DNA of 55,396 nucleotides from Sphingomonadaceae bacterium (GTDB lineage: Bacteria > Chloroflexota > UBA6077). Below, in pieces: positions 54,754-55,396 of this stretch. A program made the translations under genes and the position numbers. The stretch covers positions 1 to 55,396 of the forward strand of contig JBLNDL010000077.1 in NCBI GenBank assembly GCA_050261575.1, read 5' to 3'. How positions within the stretch are numbered: the first letter of the stretch is position 1; the number at the start of each line of letters is the position of its first letter. The notes under the pieces were generated by a model. That model was not told the origin of the DNA. It saw nothing but the letters and a program-made list of their open reading frames with translations, and ran no database searches.

Positions 54754-55224
54754 ATGCCGAGGCGAGCACGGGTGGTCCGGCGTCCGGTCGTTCCGGATGC
54801 CCGGTACGGCAGCCGGACTCTCTCCAAGTTCATAAACCGGGTCATGGAGAGGGGCAAGAAGAGCACGGCGGAGGCGATCGTCTACGACGCCATGGACCGG
54901 ATCGAGAAGCAGACGCACAGGAATCCGGCCGACACCTTCGAGCAGGCGATGCGGAATGCTGCGCCGGTGCTGGAGGTCAAACCCCGCCGAGTCGGTGGTG
55001 CCACCTACCAGGTGCCGGTGGAGATCAAGGGAGATCGACGCTTCGCACTCGCCATGCGCTGGATCCTCGCTTCCGCCAGGGCTCGTTCCGGCCGCTCCTT
55101 CGCCGAGAAGCTGGCCGCAGAGCTTCTGGACTGCGCCCACGGAACGGGCGCGACCATAAAGAAGAAGGATGACGTACACCGGATGGCCGAGGCCAACAAG
55201 GCCTTCGCCCATTACAGGTGGTAG
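54754..55224 (+). CDS. rpsG: 30S ribosomal protein S7
   Basis: MPRR, RRVGGATYQVP, HRMAEANKAFAHYRW; GGAGG RBS. Confidence 0.98.
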   Translation: MPRRARVVRRPVVPDARYGSRTLSKFINRVMERGKKSTAEAIVYDAMDRIEKQTHRNPADTFEQAMRNAAPVLEVKPRRVGGATYQVPVEIKGDRRFALAMRWILASARARSGRSFAEKLAAELLDCAHGTGATIKKKDDVHRMAEANKAFAHYRW

Positions 55225-55242
55225 AGAGTCTAGGTTTCCACC

Positions 55243-55396
55243 ATGCCGCGGGCTGTACCGCTAGAAAAGACCCGAAACATCGGGATCATCGCGCACATCG
55301 ACGCCGGAAAGACCACGACCACCGAGCGGATCCTCTACTACACCGGCCGGACCTACAAGATCGGCGAGGTGCACGAGGGCACCGCGGTGATGGACT
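55243..55396 (+). CDS. fusA: Elongation factor G (5' partial)
   Basis: [33 protein letters not shown], follows rpsG. Confidence 0.96.
   Translation, partial: MPRAVPLEKTRNIGIIAHIDAGKTTTTERILYYTGRTYKIGEVHEGTAVMD

Overview
GC-rich bacterial chromosomal segment, most likely from a Chloroflexota (inferred from gene order and a long coiled-coil insertion in RpoC). It is mostly housekeeping. It holds a TPP-riboswitch-controlled ThiXYZ-like ABC transporter, a receiver-pfp-prs-mutM-like run, and a DUF4178/DUF2617/Gly-rich peptide/DUF350/membrane-SpeE cluster. Further along are an SPFH protein, mreBCD-mrdA-rodA, metY, radC, fmt, rlmN, rpe, rpmB, asp23-fakA-3x degV-recG-rsmD-coaD, and yceD-rpmF-fabD-fabG-accC-asp23-nusB-acpP-tatC-amrA. 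The end carries tig-clpP-clpX-cupin, rpoBC and rpsL-rpsG-fusA (partial), and there are five tRNAs in the window. No CRISPR array, transposase, integrase or rRNA was seen. The most unusual element is a ~255-280 nt, very U-poor, apparently non-coding transcription unit on the minus strand between metY and mreB. It has its own sigma70-type promoter, pairing 5'/3' ends, two near-identical tandem-GA/GNRA hairpins with helix-preserving substitutions, repeated AGCG/GGA motifs and a 20-bp terminal hairpin; I do not recognise its family. Other points of interest are an Fpg homologue lacking the canonical intercalation triad, a probable CTG start (or rpmF read-through) for fabD, an IscR/CymR-like operator at metY, and dispersed inverted heptamer repeats. 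All family names are by eye; no database search was run.
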